This document shows positions 30,901 through 32,183 of a stretch of DNA of 32,183 bases, in pieces. A model generated the notes under the pieces. It ran no database searches, was not told where the DNA came from, and saw only the letters and a program-made list of their open reading frames with translations. How positions within the stretch are numbered: the stretch's first letter is position 1; every line of letters begins with the position of its first letter. The stretch comes from Nemertoderma westbladi (taxonomy: Eukaryota > Animalia > Xenacoelomorpha): positions 1 through 32,183 of the forward strand of contig JAUCBJ010007766.1 in assembly GCA_032718475.1 (NCBI GenBank), in the 5' to 3' direction. The position numbers were made by a program, and so were the translations under genes.

Positions 30901-31336
30901 CCGCATTACTAATGTAATCCATAGTGGGGGGGGGGGGGGGGGGGGTTGGGGGGTGCTTTTTTGCCGAGTCAGCTCTCGGGGCAAATACCACATCCTGGTT
31001 TGCCGTTCCACACACGGGTGGGTGTCGCAGTGGAGTCAGATATGAGGCCCATCACCCATATCTACTCTGGCGCACATGACCCACCATTGGCTGTACAGCT
31101 CATATGCTGGGTCATGCCCTGTACCCCTGCTGCCAGGTGCAGGTCGCAGTGAAGTGTACTCAGAGTGGACATGAGAACACTCTACTCCTGACCAGCCATT
31201 GGTAGATAACCATCTGCCTGGCCAGGCCATATACCCCTGCAGCCAAGTATATGGGTCCTTAATCCAGGACCAACGGCGTCCTTATCCCAGAACGAAGGGG
31301 GTCCTAGTTACAGGACCAGATTTGCCCTAGTAAGAG
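27916..31336 (-). mobile_element. RTE-like non-LTR retrotransposon with both ends present (3.4 kb), disabled
   Basis: 10-bp TSD GGTGGAGAAA at 27906-27915 and 31337-31346, a (TAG)n tail, and APE plus RT coding with no large ORF1. Confidence 0.92.
27955..30922 (-). pseudogene. APE endonuclease-reverse transcriptase ORF, disrupted
   Basis: APE motifs VGVQEHR, YSPT, LGDFNA, QIDHIL, SDH. RT motifs QNGFRKGRGT, FVDFFKAFDSV, GVLQGDTLAPFLF, YLGS. Lesions are an in-frame TGA at 30668-30670, a frameshift/stop at ~29942, an apparent linker deletion near 29740, and catalytic FADD changed to FADY. Confidence 0.9.
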
Positions 31337-31904
31337 GGTGGAGAAAAAAACAATAAGAGGTCGAATATACAATTTTGTGGAATAAAATTACCTCCCACTA
31401 CTAGCAGGTCACTGCTATCAGCAGACATGGTGGTGGCCAGCTGATAACTTTCCTTTGCCGTTTGCTCTCAGAGACTAATTGAGAACACCATCGCACTTGA
31501 TATGTGGTATTGTTTGAACAGTTTTCTTGTTTTATTCTGTAAAACCCAACACACTTATTGCAAAGTAAATAATACACTTAGATTTTTTAATACTCAATAT
31601 GTTCATGTTGGTGTGTCAACGTTCAATTTATTCCAATTCCTTACAATACCCACTACTGTGTGTGTATACCAGTCAATTAAAATAGTCTGTTTTTACCACA
31701 ACATCATAACATCAAATAAGATGTTCATACAACCTAATATAATTATTTAAAAAATATAAGTTATGAAATGGACACCCCCCCCCCCCCCCCCCCCTCTTCA
31801 GCAAAAAGATGAGATAATGCAATGGATATAATTAATTCATGCAAAGGTGAAGAATATTTTTCCTTTGGGGAATTCCATGATTGTGGAAGTTGTAACAAAT
31901 TTAC

Positions 31905-32183
31905 AAAATTAAAACAATAATATCCTCACCATGCGATATTCAGCTTATAGATATTCAATCAAATCAGTTATTTGCTACCAGTTCACCAGATCATATAATT
32001 TGCATGACAACAAATTCTCCAAATTAAAACAATATTAGCCTCACCATGCGATATTCAGCTTATAGATATTCTATCAAATCAGTTATTTGCTACCAGTTCA
32101 CCAGATCATATAATTTGCATGACAACAAATTCTCCAAATTAAAACAATAATAGCCTCACCATGCGATATTCAGCTTATAGATA
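31905..32183. repeat. ~115-bp tandem repeat, at least 2.4 copies, running off the right edge
   Basis: CTCACCATGCGATATTCAGCTTATAGATA starts at 31926, 32040 and 32155. Confidence 0.93.

Noticed and set aside
30668-31015. Separate polyproline ORF1 of the RTE element
   Set aside because: The prolines come from a homopolymer run. From ATG 30922 the frame continues into the APE domain across a single TGA, so it is more likely the broken N-terminus of one ORF.
31240-31336. HDV-like ribozyme at the RTE 5' end
   Set aside because: I could not assign the nested P1/P2/P3/P1.1 pairings by eye; a descriptor search is needed.

Overview
Eukaryotic, animal-like, repeat-rich genomic DNA; it is not prokaryotic. 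From left to right: (1) the 5' half of a BEL/Pao LTR retrotransposon on the minus strand. Its gag ORF is over 1096 codons and runs off the window; it has a ~2.5 kb leader, a tRNA-Tyr-type PBS and a ~580 bp LTR with a tRNA-like A/B-box segment. (2) A 6 kb cluster of non-autonomous DNA-transposon remnants and tandem arrays (163, ~147, 38 and ~670 bp units), including a piggyBac-type MITE. (3) One reconstructable 8-exon host gene on the minus strand (27056->14306, 571 aa): signal peptide, dibasic-rich propeptide, HExxH zinc metallopeptidase, ShKT and FN3. (4) The introns of that gene hold a 44-bp minisatellite made from its own exon-3 splice donor, two RTE-LINE fragments and a decayed CR1/L2-like LINE. 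Inserted into that LINE is a 344-bp tandem hammerhead-ribozyme retroelement whose ribozyme lies between Pol III-like A and B boxes. (5) A TSD-flanked, disabled RTE-like LINE with both ends present and a duplicated structured motif in its 5' UTR. (6) A ~115-bp tandem array at the right edge. All calls were read by eye; no database searches were run.
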